In this document: piece by piece, positions 1 to 9,808 of the stretch | Layout of the letters: the number at the start of each line of letters is the position of its first letter | Position numbering within the stretch: position 1 is the first letter of the stretch | The notes under the pieces: generated by a model | Database searches by the model: none | The model's input: the letters and a program-made list of their open reading frames with translations, nothing else | What the model was told of the DNA's origin: nothing | Translations under genes and position numbers: made by a program | Source of the DNA: an uncultured Bacilli bacterium | Lineage (GTDB): Bacteria > Bacillota_I > Bacilli_A > RF39 > UBA660 | Assembly (NCBI GenBank): GCA_947626215.1 | Contig: CANQRJ010000001.1 | Span: 1 to 33,991 of the forward strand | DNA length: 33,991 nucleotides | Direction: 5' to 3'

Positions 1-103
1 ATAATCCAACACTTTTTATTTTGCAATAATTTTTTGCCAAAGTTAAAGACTTTTCGTTAGAAATTTGGTACAATATTTATAGAAACAAAGAGAAGGTGAC
101 ATC

Positions 104-1714
104 ATGAATTATAAGGTTTTATATCGGAAGTATCGTCCATCTACTTTTGCAGGGATTGTCGGACAAGATTATACGGTAGAAATGTTACAGAATGCTATTA
201 TTCATAATAAAATTTCACATGCTTATTTATTTACTGGTCCTAGAGGAACAGGAAAAACTTCTACTGCAAAGATATTTGCAAAAACAATTAATTGTTTAAA
301 TCCTGTAAATGGAGAAGCATGTGGTCAATGTTCTAATTGCTTATCTTTTGCAGATAGTCCTGATATTATTGAAATAGATGCCGCATCTAATAATGGTGTG
401 GATGATATAAGAGAACTTATTAATAATGTAAAAATTGCTCCAAGTGAAGGAAAATATAAAATTTATATTATTGATGAAGTTCATATGATGACGACTAGTG
501 CATTTAATGCTTTATTACTTACTTTAGAAGAACCTCCAAAACATGCCATTTTTATTATGGCTACTACTAATGTAGAGAATGTACCGATTACTATTTTATC
601 AAGATGTCAAAGATTTAATTTTCAAAAAATTTCTAATGATAATTTAATAAAACAAATTCGATTTGTGTGTAGTGAAGAAAACATAAATATTACCGATGAT
701 GCAATAGAAGAAATTGCTTATTTATCTGAAGGCGGTATGAGAGATGCATTAAGTCTTTTGGATCAACTTTCTTCTAATTCTGAAGAAATTACTTTAGATA
801 AGATTTTGTCTCATTATGGGTCGATTTCTTCTAAAGTTATTAAAGATTTATTAAATATGGTAGAGAAAAAAGAAATTGAAAAAGTAGAAAAAGTTTTTAG
901 TGAACTTGAAAGTTCTGCTAGTGATTATAAAGTATTTATTAAAAAAATGGTTCAAGAATTGACTAAAATTGCTACATTAATAAAGATGAACCGATATGAA
1001 GGAGAACTTACTTATCATCAGATTAAAAAAATCATTTTTGAATTTAATGAAATTTTAAATAAAGCAAATATTAATATGAATCCGTATGTTTTGATTAAGT
1101 TATCTTTATTAGATAGTTATGACGAAGATGTGACGGAGTCTCGGCGTACGATTATTTTTGAAAAAAAAGAAGAAAAACCTGTGGAGACTAAAAAAGAAGA
1201 GAAAAAAGATTCTGATTCTCAGGCTTTAAAAGAAATTTCTGATCATAAAGATAAATATCTTGTTGAATTAAAAAAGGTAAGAATTAATAATTGTTTTGTG
1301 GATGCAAAAAAAGATATTTTAAAAGAATATCAGAGTATTTGGCAAAACTTAGAAAATGAATCAAAGATTTCACCAGATTTTATTTCCTTTATTGTAGATT
1401 CTTCGCTTGTCGCGGCTTCAAAAGATTATGTTATCATATGTGCGAAGTTAGATAGTACGGCAAATTTAATGAATTCTAAGTTGGATGATTTTACGGAAGA
1501 AATTAAAAAATTCTTTCATCCTGATATTCACTTTATTGCTTTAAGTAATGGAGAGTGGGAGAAAGAAAAAGCTATGTATGTTAAAAATTTAAAAGAAAAG
1601 TATAATTATCAACTTATGGATGAAGAATCTTTAAATGCTTTAAAACCAAAAGAAGAAAAAAAAGAAAATCTTGCATCAGATGTGTTTAATTATGATAAAA
1701 TAGAAATAGTATAG
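104..1714 (+). CDS. dnaX: DNA polymerase III subunit tau (clamp-loader ATPase DnaX)
   Basis: 536-aa ORF. Walker A GPRGTGKTS, Walker B IYIIDEVH, Cys cluster CGQCSNC, SRCQRF sensor motif, K/E-rich linker and C-terminal domain. SD AGAAGGTGA lies upstream of the ATG. Confidence 0.95.
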   Translation: MNYKVLYRKYRPSTFAGIVGQDYTVEMLQNAIIHNKISHAYLFTGPRGTGKTSTAKIFAKTINCLNPVNGEACGQCSNCLSFADSPDIIEIDAASNNGVDDIRELINNVKIAPSEGKYKIYIIDEVHMMTTSAFNALLLTLEEPPKHAIFIMATTNVENVPITILSRCQRFNFQKISNDNLIKQIRFVCSEENINITDDAIEEIAYLSEGGMRDALSLLDQLSSNSEEITLDKILSHYGSISSKVIKDLLNMVEKKEIEKVEKVFSELESSASDYKVFIKKMVQELTKIATLIKMNRYEGELTYHQIKKIIFEFNEILNKANINMNPYVLIKLSLLDSYDEDVTESRRTIIFEKKEEKPVETKKEEKKDSDSQALKEISDHKDKYLVELKKVRINNCFVDAKKDILKEYQSIWQNLENESKISPDFISFIVDSSLVAASKDYVIICAKLDSTANLMNSKLDDFTEEIKKFFHPDIHFIALSNGEWEKEKAMYVKNLKEKYNYQLMDEESLNALKPKEEKKENLASDVFNYDKIEIV

Positions 1715-1729
1715 AAAGAAGGAATATTT

Positions 1730-2026
1730 ATGAATATGCAAAGTATTATGGCTCAAGCTCAAAAAATGCAAAGAGATTTACAAAAAAAGAAAGAAGAAAT
1801 TAACGCCCAATTATTTCCCGGGAAATATGAATTTGTGGAAGTGACTTTAAATGGAAAAAAAGAAATGGTTTCTTGTCATATTAATACGGAATCTATTTCA
1901 AAAGATGATATGGAAATGGTAGAAGATTTTATTGTTTTGGCTACTAAAGATGCAATTGGAAAAATTGATGCCGAATTTCAAAGTAAAATGGGTCAATATG
2001 CAGGAATGCTTGATGGTTTGATGTAA
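1730..2026 (+). CDS. ybaB: YbaB/EbfC family nucleoid-associated protein
   Basis: 98 aa. N-terminus MNMQSIMAQAQKMQRDLQKKKEE is typical of the family. It sits in the conserved dnaX-ybaB-recR position. Confidence 0.9.
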   Translation: MNMQSIMAQAQKMQRDLQKKKEEINAQLFPGKYEFVEVTLNGKKEMVSCHINTESISKDDMEMVEDFIVLATKDAIGKIDAEFQSKMGQYAGMLDGLM

Positions 2027-2027
2027 T

Positions 2028-2636
2028 ATGAATCGTAGTTATCCTGTTGTTTTAGAACAATTGATAGAGTTTTTTCAAAAGTTTCCAGGTGTGGGAGAAA
2101 AAAGTGCAGAACGGATGGCTTTAGCCGTTTTAAAGATTCCAAGTGAGGAAATTGAACTTGCAAGTAATGTTTTAGTTCAAGCTAAAAAAACTTTACATCC
2201 TTGTCCTGTATGTGGCAATTTGACAGATTTAGAGAAGTGTAATGTTTGTAGTGATTCTTCTAGAATTCAGAATTTGATTTGTGTTGTGGAAGATTATAAA
2301 AGTGCATTTGCTTTTGAACGTGCTCAAAATTTTCAAGGTGTGTATCATGTGTTGAATGGGCTTATTTCTCCTATGGATGATATTGGTGCAGAAGATATTA
2401 ATTTATCTTCTTTAGTTAAACGTGTTGATTCTTTAGAAGATGTGGAACTTATTTTAGCATTACGAAGTTCCATTGAAGGGGAGACTACAACTTTATATAT
2501 AAAGAAAATTTTTGAAGGAAAAAAGGTTAAAATATCTCGATTATCTTATGGTTTACCACTTGGTGCAGAAATCGATTATTTAGATACGACAACATTAGAT
2601 AAAGCTTTAGAAGACCGTAAACAAATATCGGAATAA
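2028..2636 (+). CDS. recR: Recombination protein RecR
   Basis: 202 aa. Helix-hairpin-helix FPGVGEKSAERMA, Cys4 zinc finger CPVCGNLTDLEKCNVC, Toprim-like C-terminus. Its start is 1 nt after the ybaB stop. Confidence 0.95.
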   Translation: MNRSYPVVLEQLIEFFQKFPGVGEKSAERMALAVLKIPSEEIELASNVLVQAKKTLHPCPVCGNLTDLEKCNVCSDSSRIQNLICVVEDYKSAFAFERAQNFQGVYHVLNGLISPMDDIGAEDINLSSLVKRVDSLEDVELILALRSSIEGETTTLYIKKIFEGKKVKISRLSYGLPLGAEIDYLDTTTLDKALEDRKQISE

Positions 2637-2677
2637 TTTCTTTTTTTTTTGCATATTTTTTACTAGAGGGATTCTAT

Positions 2678-2866
2678 ATGTTAAAAAAAATTACATTGGT
2701 TTTACGAAAAATTGTGGTGGCCTTTTTATTATTGTATGGTTTAAACTATTTTATTTCTAGTTTGCATATTTATATTCCTATTAATCTTATTACTATTGGA
2801 ATTGTGAGTTTACTTGGTTTGCCGGGGCTTTCTTCTTTAATTATTTTATTTTTTATAGTAAAATAA
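2678..2866 (+). CDS. bofA: Small 2-TM membrane protein, BofA-like (pro-sigma-K processing inhibitor family)
   Basis: 62 aa and very hydrophobic, with an LLGLPGLSSLI motif resembling the BofA LG.PG signature. bofA lies downstream of recR in Bacillus subtilis. Confidence 0.55.
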   Translation: MLKKITLVLRKIVVAFLLLYGLNYFISSLHIYIPINLITIGIVSLLGLPGLSSLIILFFIVK

Positions 2867-2882
2867 TCTTAGGTGATGTTGT

Positions 2883-3719
2883 GTGCAGGAAAGTCAGGGC
2901 ATAAATGAATTGTTCAATGAATATCATGAGAATCGACTTGCTCATGCTTTTTTGCTTGAAACAAATCATCAAGAGAAATGTTTGCATCATCTTTTAGAAT
3001 TTTTAGCTTATATTAATCGTGTTGGAGAGGAACAGGAAGATCAAAAATTAGAAAAATTAATTTTGAATCAAAGTATTCCTAGTTTAAAAATTATTGAACC
3101 TGATGGTCAAACCATTAAGAAAGATCAAATCTTAGAATTAAAAGAAAGTTTTTCAACAAAGCCTATTTTTTCAAAATATAATATGTATATTATATTAAAT
3201 GCAGAGACACTCAATTCTTCTAGTGCCAATACGATGCTTAAATTTTTAGAGGAACCAGAAGATAATATTTTAGGTTTTTTTCTTACAAATAATAAAGAAA
3301 ATATTATTCATACGATTAAAAGTCGTTGTCAGGTTCTTTTAGATTATTATTCAGATGGAGAAAAAGAAAGTATTCCTAAAGTTTGGAAATCCATCGCGAT
3401 TCGTTATATTAATGAATATGAACTTGTGAAAGATGAGGCATTGCTATATAATAAAGATGTTTTAATTCCTTTGATTCATGACCGAAAAGAACTTCTTTAT
3501 TTATTTCAAAGTATGTTTTCTATTTATGAAGAGATATATTTTGCAAAAAGAAATGAATGTGATCTTGAAAAGGATTTAGAACCATTAAAATTTTTATTAA
3601 AAAAAGATTCTTTATATTTTCAGAAAGAATTAAAATATTTATCTGTTCTTATTGAAGAATTAAATTATAATGTGAATATCGCATTGTTATTGGATCGGTA
3701 TGTTTTAGAAAATAGGTGA
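2883..3719 (+). CDS. holB: DNA polymerase III subunit delta prime
   Basis: 278 aa with a GTG start. Motifs LAHAFLLE, NTMLKFLEEP and SRCQ are typical of the degenerate clamp-loader ATPase delta prime. It ends in TGA. Confidence 0.85.
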   Translation: MQESQGINELFNEYHENRLAHAFLLETNHQEKCLHHLLEFLAYINRVGEEQEDQKLEKLILNQSIPSLKIIEPDGQTIKKDQILELKESFSTKPIFSKYNMYIILNAETLNSSSANTMLKFLEEPEDNILGFFLTNNKENIIHTIKSRCQVLLDYYSDGEKESIPKVWKSIAIRYINEYELVKDEALLYNKDVLIPLIHDRKELLYLFQSMFSIYEEIYFAKRNECDLEKDLEPLKFLLKKDSLYFQKELKYLSVLIEELNYNVNIALLLDRYVLENR

Positions 3720-3725
3720 TGATTT

Positions 3726-4517
3726 ATGAATATTTATGAAGTTACTTTTAAAGATAAGGGAAAAGGTTATTATTTCAATGGCCATGATTTAAAAATTCCT
3801 AATAAAGTTACGGTGATTGTTGAAACAGAAAGAGGACTTCAGTTTGGTCGAGTTGTTGATAACACGAACCTTGAAGAAATTCATATTGACATGGCCAATT
3901 TGAAAGATATTGTTCGTATTGCTACTCGTAAAGATTATGAACAATATTTGAAAAATTGTAAGGATGGAGAAAATGCTTTAAAGGACGCTCGTAAGATTAG
4001 TGAAGAATTAGGTTTAGATATGAGATTTTTAGATGCTAGTTTTACCTTTGATCGAAAGCAACTTTTATTTAATTTTTATGCCGATGAAAGAGTGGATTTT
4101 CGTGAACTTGCTAAACGCTTAGCGAATATTTATAAAACTCGTATTGAACTTCGACAGGTAGGTGCTCGAGATAAGGCCGAACTTATTGGTGGTATTGGTA
4201 TTTGTGGTCGTAAACTTTGTTGTTCTTCTTGTCTTAAAAATTTGGAATCTGTTTCTATGAATATGGCAAAAAATCAAAATTTAGCTTTAAATCCATCTAA
4301 AATCAATGGTGCTTGTGGAAGATTACTTTGTTGTCTAGCTTATGAAGATGATGAATATGTTCGATGTGGTTATGGAATGCCTAGTGTTGGTGATAAAGTA
4401 AAAACTGTAGACGGAGAGGGACAAGTTTTAAGTGTTGATATTTTGAATCGAAAGTATAAAGTCATTGTTAATGAAGAATTAAGGGAGTTTTGTTTAGACG
4501 ATGAAAAAGACTCTTAA
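3726..4517 (+). CDS. ricT: PSP1-domain protein (RicT/YaaT, stage 0 sporulation family)
   Basis: 263 aa. Cys-rich stretches GICGRKLCCSSCL and GACGRLLCCLAYE are characteristic of the PSP1 C-terminal domain. It follows holB as in Bacillus. Confidence 0.85.
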   Translation: MNIYEVTFKDKGKGYYFNGHDLKIPNKVTVIVETERGLQFGRVVDNTNLEEIHIDMANLKDIVRIATRKDYEQYLKNCKDGENALKDARKISEELGLDMRFLDASFTFDRKQLLFNFYADERVDFRELAKRLANIYKTRIELRQVGARDKAELIGGIGICGRKLCCSSCLKNLESVSMNMAKNQNLALNPSKINGACGRLLCCLAYEDDEYVRCGYGMPSVGDKVKTVDGEGQVLSVDILNRKYKVIVNEELREFCLDDEKDS

Positions 4518-5217
4518 TTGGTTATTTGATTACCCTAACTTGAAGGTTTATCAATATGAGGAAGGATTTAAGTTTTCGATAGATTCTATTTTACTTTTTG
4601 AATTTGCACAGATTAAGAAACAGGATCGTTATATTCTAGATTTTTGTACTGGAAATGCCGTGATCCCTATTTTGATTAATTATAAATATCAAAAGAAAGT
4701 TGTTGGTATTGAACTTCAAGAAGAAGTGTTTCAGTTAGCTAAAGATTCTGTTTTATATAATCATATGGAAAATTTTATTACATTAATTCATGATAATATT
4801 TTGAATGTTAGAAATTATTTCCCGGGAAATAATTTTGATGTTCTGCTTTGTAATCCTCCTTATTTTAAATGGAATGAAACCAGTTATGTGAATCAATCGG
4901 AAATTAAAAAAATTGCTCGACATGAAGTGGAGATTCATTTACAAGAAATTATGGAACTTGCTCGATATGTATTGAAATCGAAAGGAAGATTTTATTTGGT
5001 TCATACTCCTGAAAGAATGGATGAGGTTATTGTTTATGCAAATCAATTTGGTTTTGGTGTAAAAGAGATTCAATTTGTTCATTCTAAGATAGAGGAGAAA
5101 CCTATTGTTGTTTTGTTTACTTTAGTTAAAGATGGTAAATTTGGTACAACTGTGTATGCTCCTAAAGTAATTCGAAATCGAAATAGTTATCAAGGAATTT
5201 TTGATAGAAAGAAGTGA
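4501..5217 (+). CDS. SAM-dependent methyltransferase, tRNA (adenine-N6) TrmN6/YabB-like
   Basis: 238 aa. It has an FKFSIDSILL N-terminus, the LCNPPYF (NPPY) catalytic motif and a Rossmann DFCTGNA motif. It overlaps the upstream gene by 17 nt. Confidence 0.75.
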   Translation: MKKTLNWLFDYPNLKVYQYEEGFKFSIDSILLFEFAQIKKQDRYILDFCTGNAVIPILINYKYQKKVVGIELQEEVFQLAKDSVLYNHMENFITLIHDNILNVRNYFPGNNFDVLLCNPPYFKWNETSYVNQSEIKKIARHEVEIHLQEIMELARYVLKSKGRFYLVHTPERMDEVIVYANQFGFGVKEIQFVHSKIEEKPIVVLFTLVKDGKFGTTVYAPKVIRNRNSYQGIFDRKK

Positions 5218-5786
5218 TTGATGTGAAAATGATTGTAGGTCTTGGAAATGTGGGAAAAGAATATGAAAATACTCGCCATAATTTAGGTTTTATGGTGCTA
5301 GATTCCTTTCATTATGATTTTTCTTTAGAATCTAAGTTTCAAGCGTATATATATCTTACGACCATTGAGTCTCAAAAGTGTATTTTTGTAAAACCAACGA
5401 CTTTTATGAATTTGAGTGGAAATGCAGTTTTAAAAATTCAACGTTATTATGATATTTCCTCTCAAGATATTTTCGTTATTCATGATGATTTAGATTTACC
5501 TTTTGGTCATTTTAAGATAAAAAGTAAGGGTTCTTCTGGTGGTCATAATGGAATTCAGTCAATTATTGATTCTATAGGAACTAATGAATTTGGTCATTTA
5601 AAGGTTGGAATTGGTCGTGATGAAAATATTTTTACTGTGGATTATGTATTGGGTAAATTTTCTAAAAGTAATTTAGATTTTTTGAATAATCAGTATAGTT
5701 TTTATCAAGATATTATCTATTCTTTTATTAAAGATGGAATTCAAAAAACAATGAGTCAATTTAATGGTAAGGATGAACGTGTATGA
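5214..5786 (+). CDS. pth: Peptidyl-tRNA hydrolase
   Basis: Motifs IVGLGNVGKEYENTRHNLGF and GHNGIQSI. The ORF-track GTG at 5214 overlaps the upstream TGA. ATG 5229 (MIVGLGN) is an equally plausible start. Confidence 0.9.
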   Translation: MIDVKMIVGLGNVGKEYENTRHNLGFMVLDSFHYDFSLESKFQAYIYLTTIESQKCIFVKPTTFMNLSGNAVLKIQRYYDISSQDIFVIHDDLDLPFGHFKIKSKGSSGGHNGIQSIIDSIGTNEFGHLKVGIGRDENIFTVDYVLGKFSKSNLDFLNNQYSFYQDIIYSFIKDGIQKTMSQFNGKDERV

Positions 5787-8700
5787 ATTTATGGGATAAG
5801 TTTATTTTTGAAGACGGGAAGATTATTGAAGGGTTAACTAATGAGTTATCTTGTTTTTACATGCTTTCTTGTTTTCAAAAGTTTCATAAATCTGTTCTTG
5901 TTGTTACGAGTAATTTGTATGATGCAAATCGTATTTATCGATCTTTAGAAACTTATACGGATAAGGTTCTTCTTTTTCCTATGGATGACTTTTTTACGTC
6001 TATCGCGTTAGCCGTATCTCCGGAGTTAAAATTAAAACGGCTAGAAACGTTAGAAAAATTAGGTCATGAACCCTTTTTGGTGGTTACTAATTTAATGGGT
6101 TATTTGAAATTTTTACCGTCTTTTCAAGATAAAGAAAATTTTAAGTTTTCTTTAAGTAAAGATATTTCTATTTCTCGAGATGATTTAATTAATAAGTTTG
6201 AAACTTTAGGGTATCATAGAGATTCCATGGTCACGACTACGGGAGAATATGCGGTTCGAGGTTTTGTGGTGGATGTTTTCCTTGTAAATGAGGAACATCC
6301 AATTCGAATTGAGTTTTTTGGAGATGAGATTGATTCGATTCGTTATTTTGATGAAAATACTCAAAGAACGATTTCTTCTGTTTCTTCTCTTACTTGTTTT
6401 CCAATTTCTGAAATGGTTAGTGAAGAACATACTTCGTTACTTACTCTTTGTGATTCACCTATTGTCATTTTTCAAGATTATTCTCAGATTGAAGCATCTT
6501 ATAAGAAGTTAATGGAAGAAGTTCTTCTATATAATAAAGAAAAAGATATGGTGGGTATGAAACATTTCTTTTCTTTGGAAGAATTATGTCCTTCTTTTGT
6601 TATATACCTTAATTCAATTACTAATCATGTACCTTCTAAAAATCTTATGCGTTTTTCTTCTAAAGAAATTGATAATTTTAGAGGAAACTTTCAAAAATTA
6701 AAGGAAACGGTGGAAGGTTATCTTTTTCAACATAAAAAGGTTGTTTTTTGTCTTTCTTCTAAGCATCAAATTGAAGAAATTAAAGAGTTATTTGATGGAA
6801 ATGTGGTTTCTATTCAAAAAAATAGTGATGTTCCTATTGGAGTTGTTGCAATTTATCATGGAAAAATCAATAAAGGATTTCTTTTTGAAGATTATGTGGT
6901 GATTTCAGAATATGATGTGGAAGAAGTAAAACAGGAAATTAAGTATAAGAATAATATTCGAATTGGAAAAAAGATTCATGATATCGATTCTTTAAAAACA
7001 GGGGATTATGTGGTTCATCGAGCACATGGGATTGGTGTTTATGCCGGCGTGGTGACTTTGCAAACGTATGGTATGAAAAAGGATTATATCGAGATTCGAT
7101 ATTTAGGCAATGATAAGGTTTATATTCCTGTTGAAAAGATTTCTACTATTTATAAGTATAGCGATAAGGATGGTGTGAAACCTCAAATTAATAAATTGGG
7201 ATCTACGAATTGGCAAAAGAAAAAACAAGCCATTCAAAAGAAAATTCATGATATTTCTCATGAACTTATTCAATTATATGCTAAACGTAATAATACAAAA
7301 GGGGATGCTTATCAAGATTATGCCGAAGAAAATGCTTTTGCTAGTGAATTTATTTATCAGGAAACAAAAGATCAAACAAGAGCCATTGAAGATATTTTAA
7401 GGGATTTGGATTCTTCGGTACCAATGGATCGGCTACTTTGCGGTGATGTGGGATTTGGTAAAACAGAGGTGGCATTTCGTGCGATGTTCAAGGCCGTTTG
7501 TAATAATAAACAAGTGTTGTATTTATGTCCTACTACGATATTATCTAAGCAACAGTATGAATCGGCTTTAGAAAGATTTAAAAATTATCCTGTTGAAATT
7601 CGTTTATTTAATCGTTTTACTTCGATGAAAGAATCGACTCAAATTTTAGAAGGACTTGAAAATGGTACGATTGATATTGTGTTTGGAACTCATCGACTTT
7701 TGAGCGATAAGCTTGTTTGCAAAAAACTTGGTTTACTTGTTATTGATGAAGAACAAAGATTTGGGGTGATGCATAAAGAAAAAATAAAACAATTAAAAGA
7801 AGATGTTAATGTTCTTACTCTTTCTGCTACTCCTATTCCTCGTACTTTAAAGATGTCTTTGTCGGGGTTAAGAGATTTATCTATTATTGATACGCCACCT
7901 GTGAATCGGTATCCTGTTCAAACTTATGTGATTGAGGAAAGTGATGTTTTAATTCGAGATGCTATTTATAAAGAGCTTGCACGTGATGGACAGATTTTTG
8001 TGTTATATAATCGGATTGATTCTATTGAGGAAAAGCTTTATCAACTTCAAAAGTTGGTTCCAGAGGGACGTATTCGATATGCTCATGGTAGGATGTCTAA
8101 AGCTCAGCTAGACGATATTATGGAAAGTTTTATTCGACATGACTTTGATATTTTACTTTCTACTACTATTATTGAAACGGGTATTGATATTCCAAATGCC
8201 AATACTTTAATTATTTATGATGCCGACTATTTTGGTTTAAGTCAATTGTATCAACTTCGTGGAAGAGTAGGACGGAGTGACAAGATTGCGTATGCTTATC
8301 TTTTATATAATAAATCTAAGATGCTAAATGATATAGCAATTAAAAGATTACAGGCGATTCGTGATTTTACAGAACTTGGAAGTGGCTATAAGATTGCTAT
8401 GCGAGATTTATCTATTCGTGGAGCAGGCGATATTTTAGGAAGTGAGCAGGCAGGATTTGTTGATACGGTTGGAATTAGTCTTTATATGAAAATGATTGAA
8501 GAAGAAATGATGCGATTACGAGGAGAAGAAGTGGAAAGTGACGAATCTAAAGAGGCTTTAATTAATGTTTCGACTCATATTGAAGATAGTTATGTTTCTG
8601 ATGAGACGATTAAAATTGAAATTCATAAAATGATTAATGAAATTGATTCTTATCAAAAATTAGAAGAAGTCAAAGAAACTTTGGAAGACCGTTTTGGTAA

Positions 8701-9004
8701 AGTTTCAGATGAGCTAGAAGTCTATATGTATGAAGAATGGTTTGAAAAAATAGCAAATGAAATGAATATTACAGAGGTCAGTCAAAATGATAGAATGATT
8801 TCTGTTTCTATTCCTCCTCAACTTTCTTCTTTGATAAAGGGAGATAAACTTTTCTTGGAGGCGTATAATATTCATCCTAAATTTAAGTTAAAATATGAAA
8901 ATAAGAAAATTGTGATTTCTTTACCTTTATTTCATCTAGAAAAACATTTTATCTATTATATTGTTCCTTTATTTCAAAAAATTCATGATGATTTAGAAGT
9001 ATAA
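5783..9004 (+). CDS. mfd: Transcription-repair coupling factor Mfd
   Basis: 1073 aa. RNAP-interaction domain DYVVHRAHGIGVY, helicase motif I GDVGFGKTEVA, DEEQRFG box, TRG motif region. ATGA overlap with pth. Confidence 0.95.
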   Translation: MNLWDKFIFEDGKIIEGLTNELSCFYMLSCFQKFHKSVLVVTSNLYDANRIYRSLETYTDKVLLFPMDDFFTSIALAVSPELKLKRLETLEKLGHEPFLVVTNLMGYLKFLPSFQDKENFKFSLSKDISISRDDLINKFETLGYHRDSMVTTTGEYAVRGFVVDVFLVNEEHPIRIEFFGDEIDSIRYFDENTQRTISSVSSLTCFPISEMVSEEHTSLLTLCDSPIVIFQDYSQIEASYKKLMEEVLLYNKEKDMVGMKHFFSLEELCPSFVIYLNSITNHVPSKNLMRFSSKEIDNFRGNFQKLKETVEGYLFQHKKVVFCLSSKHQIEEIKELFDGNVVSIQKNSDVPIGVVAIYHGKINKGFLFEDYVVISEYDVEEVKQEIKYKNNIRIGKKIHDIDSLKTGDYVVHRAHGIGVYAGVVTLQTYGMKKDYIEIRYLGNDKVYIPVEKISTIYKYSDKDGVKPQINKLGSTNWQKKKQAIQKKIHDISHELIQLYAKRNNTKGDAYQDYAEENAFASEFIYQETKDQTRAIEDILRDLDSSVPMDRLLCGDVGFGKTEVAFRAMFKAVCNNKQVLYLCPTTILSKQQYESALERFKNYPVEIRLFNRFTSMKESTQILEGLENGTIDIVFGTHRLLSDKLVCKKLGLLVIDEEQRFGVMHKEKIKQLKEDVNVLTLSATPIPRTLKMSLSGLRDLSIIDTPPVNRYPVQTYVIEESDVLIRDAIYKELARDGQIFVLYNRIDSIEEKLYQLQKLVPEGRIRYAHGRMSKAQLDDIMESFIRHDFDILLSTTIIETGIDIPNANTLIIYDADYFGLSQLYQLRGRVGRSDKIAYAYLLYNKSKMLNDIAIKRLQAIRDFTELGSGYKIAMRDLSIRGAGDILGSEQAGFVDTVGISLYMKMIEEEMMRLRGEEVESDESKEALINVSTHIEDSYVSDETIKIEIHKMINEIDSYQKLEEVKETLEDRFGKVSDELEVYMYEEWFEKIANEMNITEVSQNDRMISVSIPPQLSSLIKGDKLFLEAYNIHPKFKLKYENKKIVISLPLFHLEKHFIYYIVPLFQKIHDDLEV

Positions 9005-9052
9005 AAAGTACATAAAGAACCAAACTATTTATTAGATTGGAGTGTATTTTTC

Positions 9053-9568
9053 GTGAAAGAAACAGGTATTATTCGAAAAATTGATGAGTTAGGTAGAATT
9101 GTCTTACCTAAGGAAATTAGAAGGTCTTTAGGTATTAAAGACGGAGAAGATTTAGAAATTTTTGTTGATAACCAAGGTATTTATCTTCAAAAACATTCAA
9201 GACTTCTTTTATATCATGATTTAGTTACCAAATTGTGTGAACTTGCTCATGAGGAAATGAATCTAAATTTATTTGTGACCGATCGAGAGAAGGTTTTAGC
9301 AAGTAGTGAAGAAAGGTTTATTGGAAAGGAAATTCCTCAAAAGTTTTTATCTTTAATTGATGAAAGAAATAGTTATGAATCGAGTGTGTCTGAGCAGATT
9401 TTTGATGATATTGATTCTAATGGGTATTTTCTTGCCGTGCCTATTTTGGTTTCTTCTGATGTAATTGGCTTTGTGGTTTTAGTAAGTCAACAACCTTTTT
9501 TGTCCTATATGAGAGATTTTGTGAATTTTTTTATTAAAATTATTGGAAATAAAATTGACATTCTTTAG
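9053..9568 (+). CDS. spoVT: AbrB-family transcription regulator SpoVT
   Basis: 171 aa with a GTG start. SpoVT/AbrB swapped-hairpin N-terminus GIIRKIDELGRIVLPKEIRRSLGI plus a GAF-like C-terminal half (AbrB itself is only about 95 aa). It lies downstream of mfd as in Bacillus. Confidence 0.85.
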   Translation: MKETGIIRKIDELGRIVLPKEIRRSLGIKDGEDLEIFVDNQGIYLQKHSRLLLYHDLVTKLCELAHEEMNLNLFVTDREKVLASSEERFIGKEIPQKFLSLIDERNSYESSVSEQIFDDIDSNGYFLAVPILVSSDVIGFVVLVSQQPFLSYMRDFVNFFIKIIGNKIDIL

Positions 9569-9582
9569 TTTTATGGTAGAAT
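9555..9582 (+). promoter_or_regulatory. Sigma-A type promoter for the metG leader
   Basis: TTGACA (9555-9560), 16-nt spacer, TGgTAGAAT extended -10 (9574-9582). It lies within the last codons of spoVT. Confidence 0.55.
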
Positions 9583-9589
9583 TAGGTTA

Positions 9590-9790
9590 TTCAATGACGA
9601 AGGAAAGAGTATATAATTGAGCTTTTTAAAGAGAGTTTACGAATGGTGGAACGTAGATAAAAGACTTTTATAGAAGATGGCTCTGGAGTTGAAACGGTTA
9701 CTCCGTTATCGTAAAATGAGTGCATGTTAAGTCATGAAGAAAGGTGGTACCACGGGAATACCTCGTCCTTTTGTTCATGGCTTTTTTTTA
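9590..9790 (+). promoter_or_regulatory. T-box riboswitch leader (methionine) with terminator/antiterminator
   Basis: Conserved T-box sequence AGAAAGGTGGTACCACGGG at about 9738-9756. Terminator helix is CATGAAGAAAGG (9733-9744) with CCTTTTGTTCATG (9767-9779), followed by T8 (9782-9789). AGAGAG stem-I-like element is near 9631. Candidate AUG specifier is at 9677-9679. Confidence 0.8.
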
Positions 9791-9808
9791 GTGAAAGGGA
9801 TGGAAAAC

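Noticed and set aside
1-103. Promoter or small RNA (scRNA/ffs-like) upstream of dnaX
   Set aside because: A TGgTACAAT extended -10-like element is present at about 66-74, but no good -35. The window begins too close to judge any upstream RNA gene.
6206-6512. Two 74-aa ORFs (6206-6430 minus, 6288-6512 plus) inside mfd
   Set aside because: They lie entirely within the well-supported mfd reading frame in alternative frames. Their composition is low-complexity and Arg/Lys/Leu/Phe-rich, and they have no RBS. Such ORFs are typical chance products in AT-rich DNA.
9734-9808. N-terminal 25-aa extension of MetRS suggested by the ORF track
   Set aside because: The region is the T-box and terminator of the leader RNA, and MetRS homology begins at MEKYYITT.
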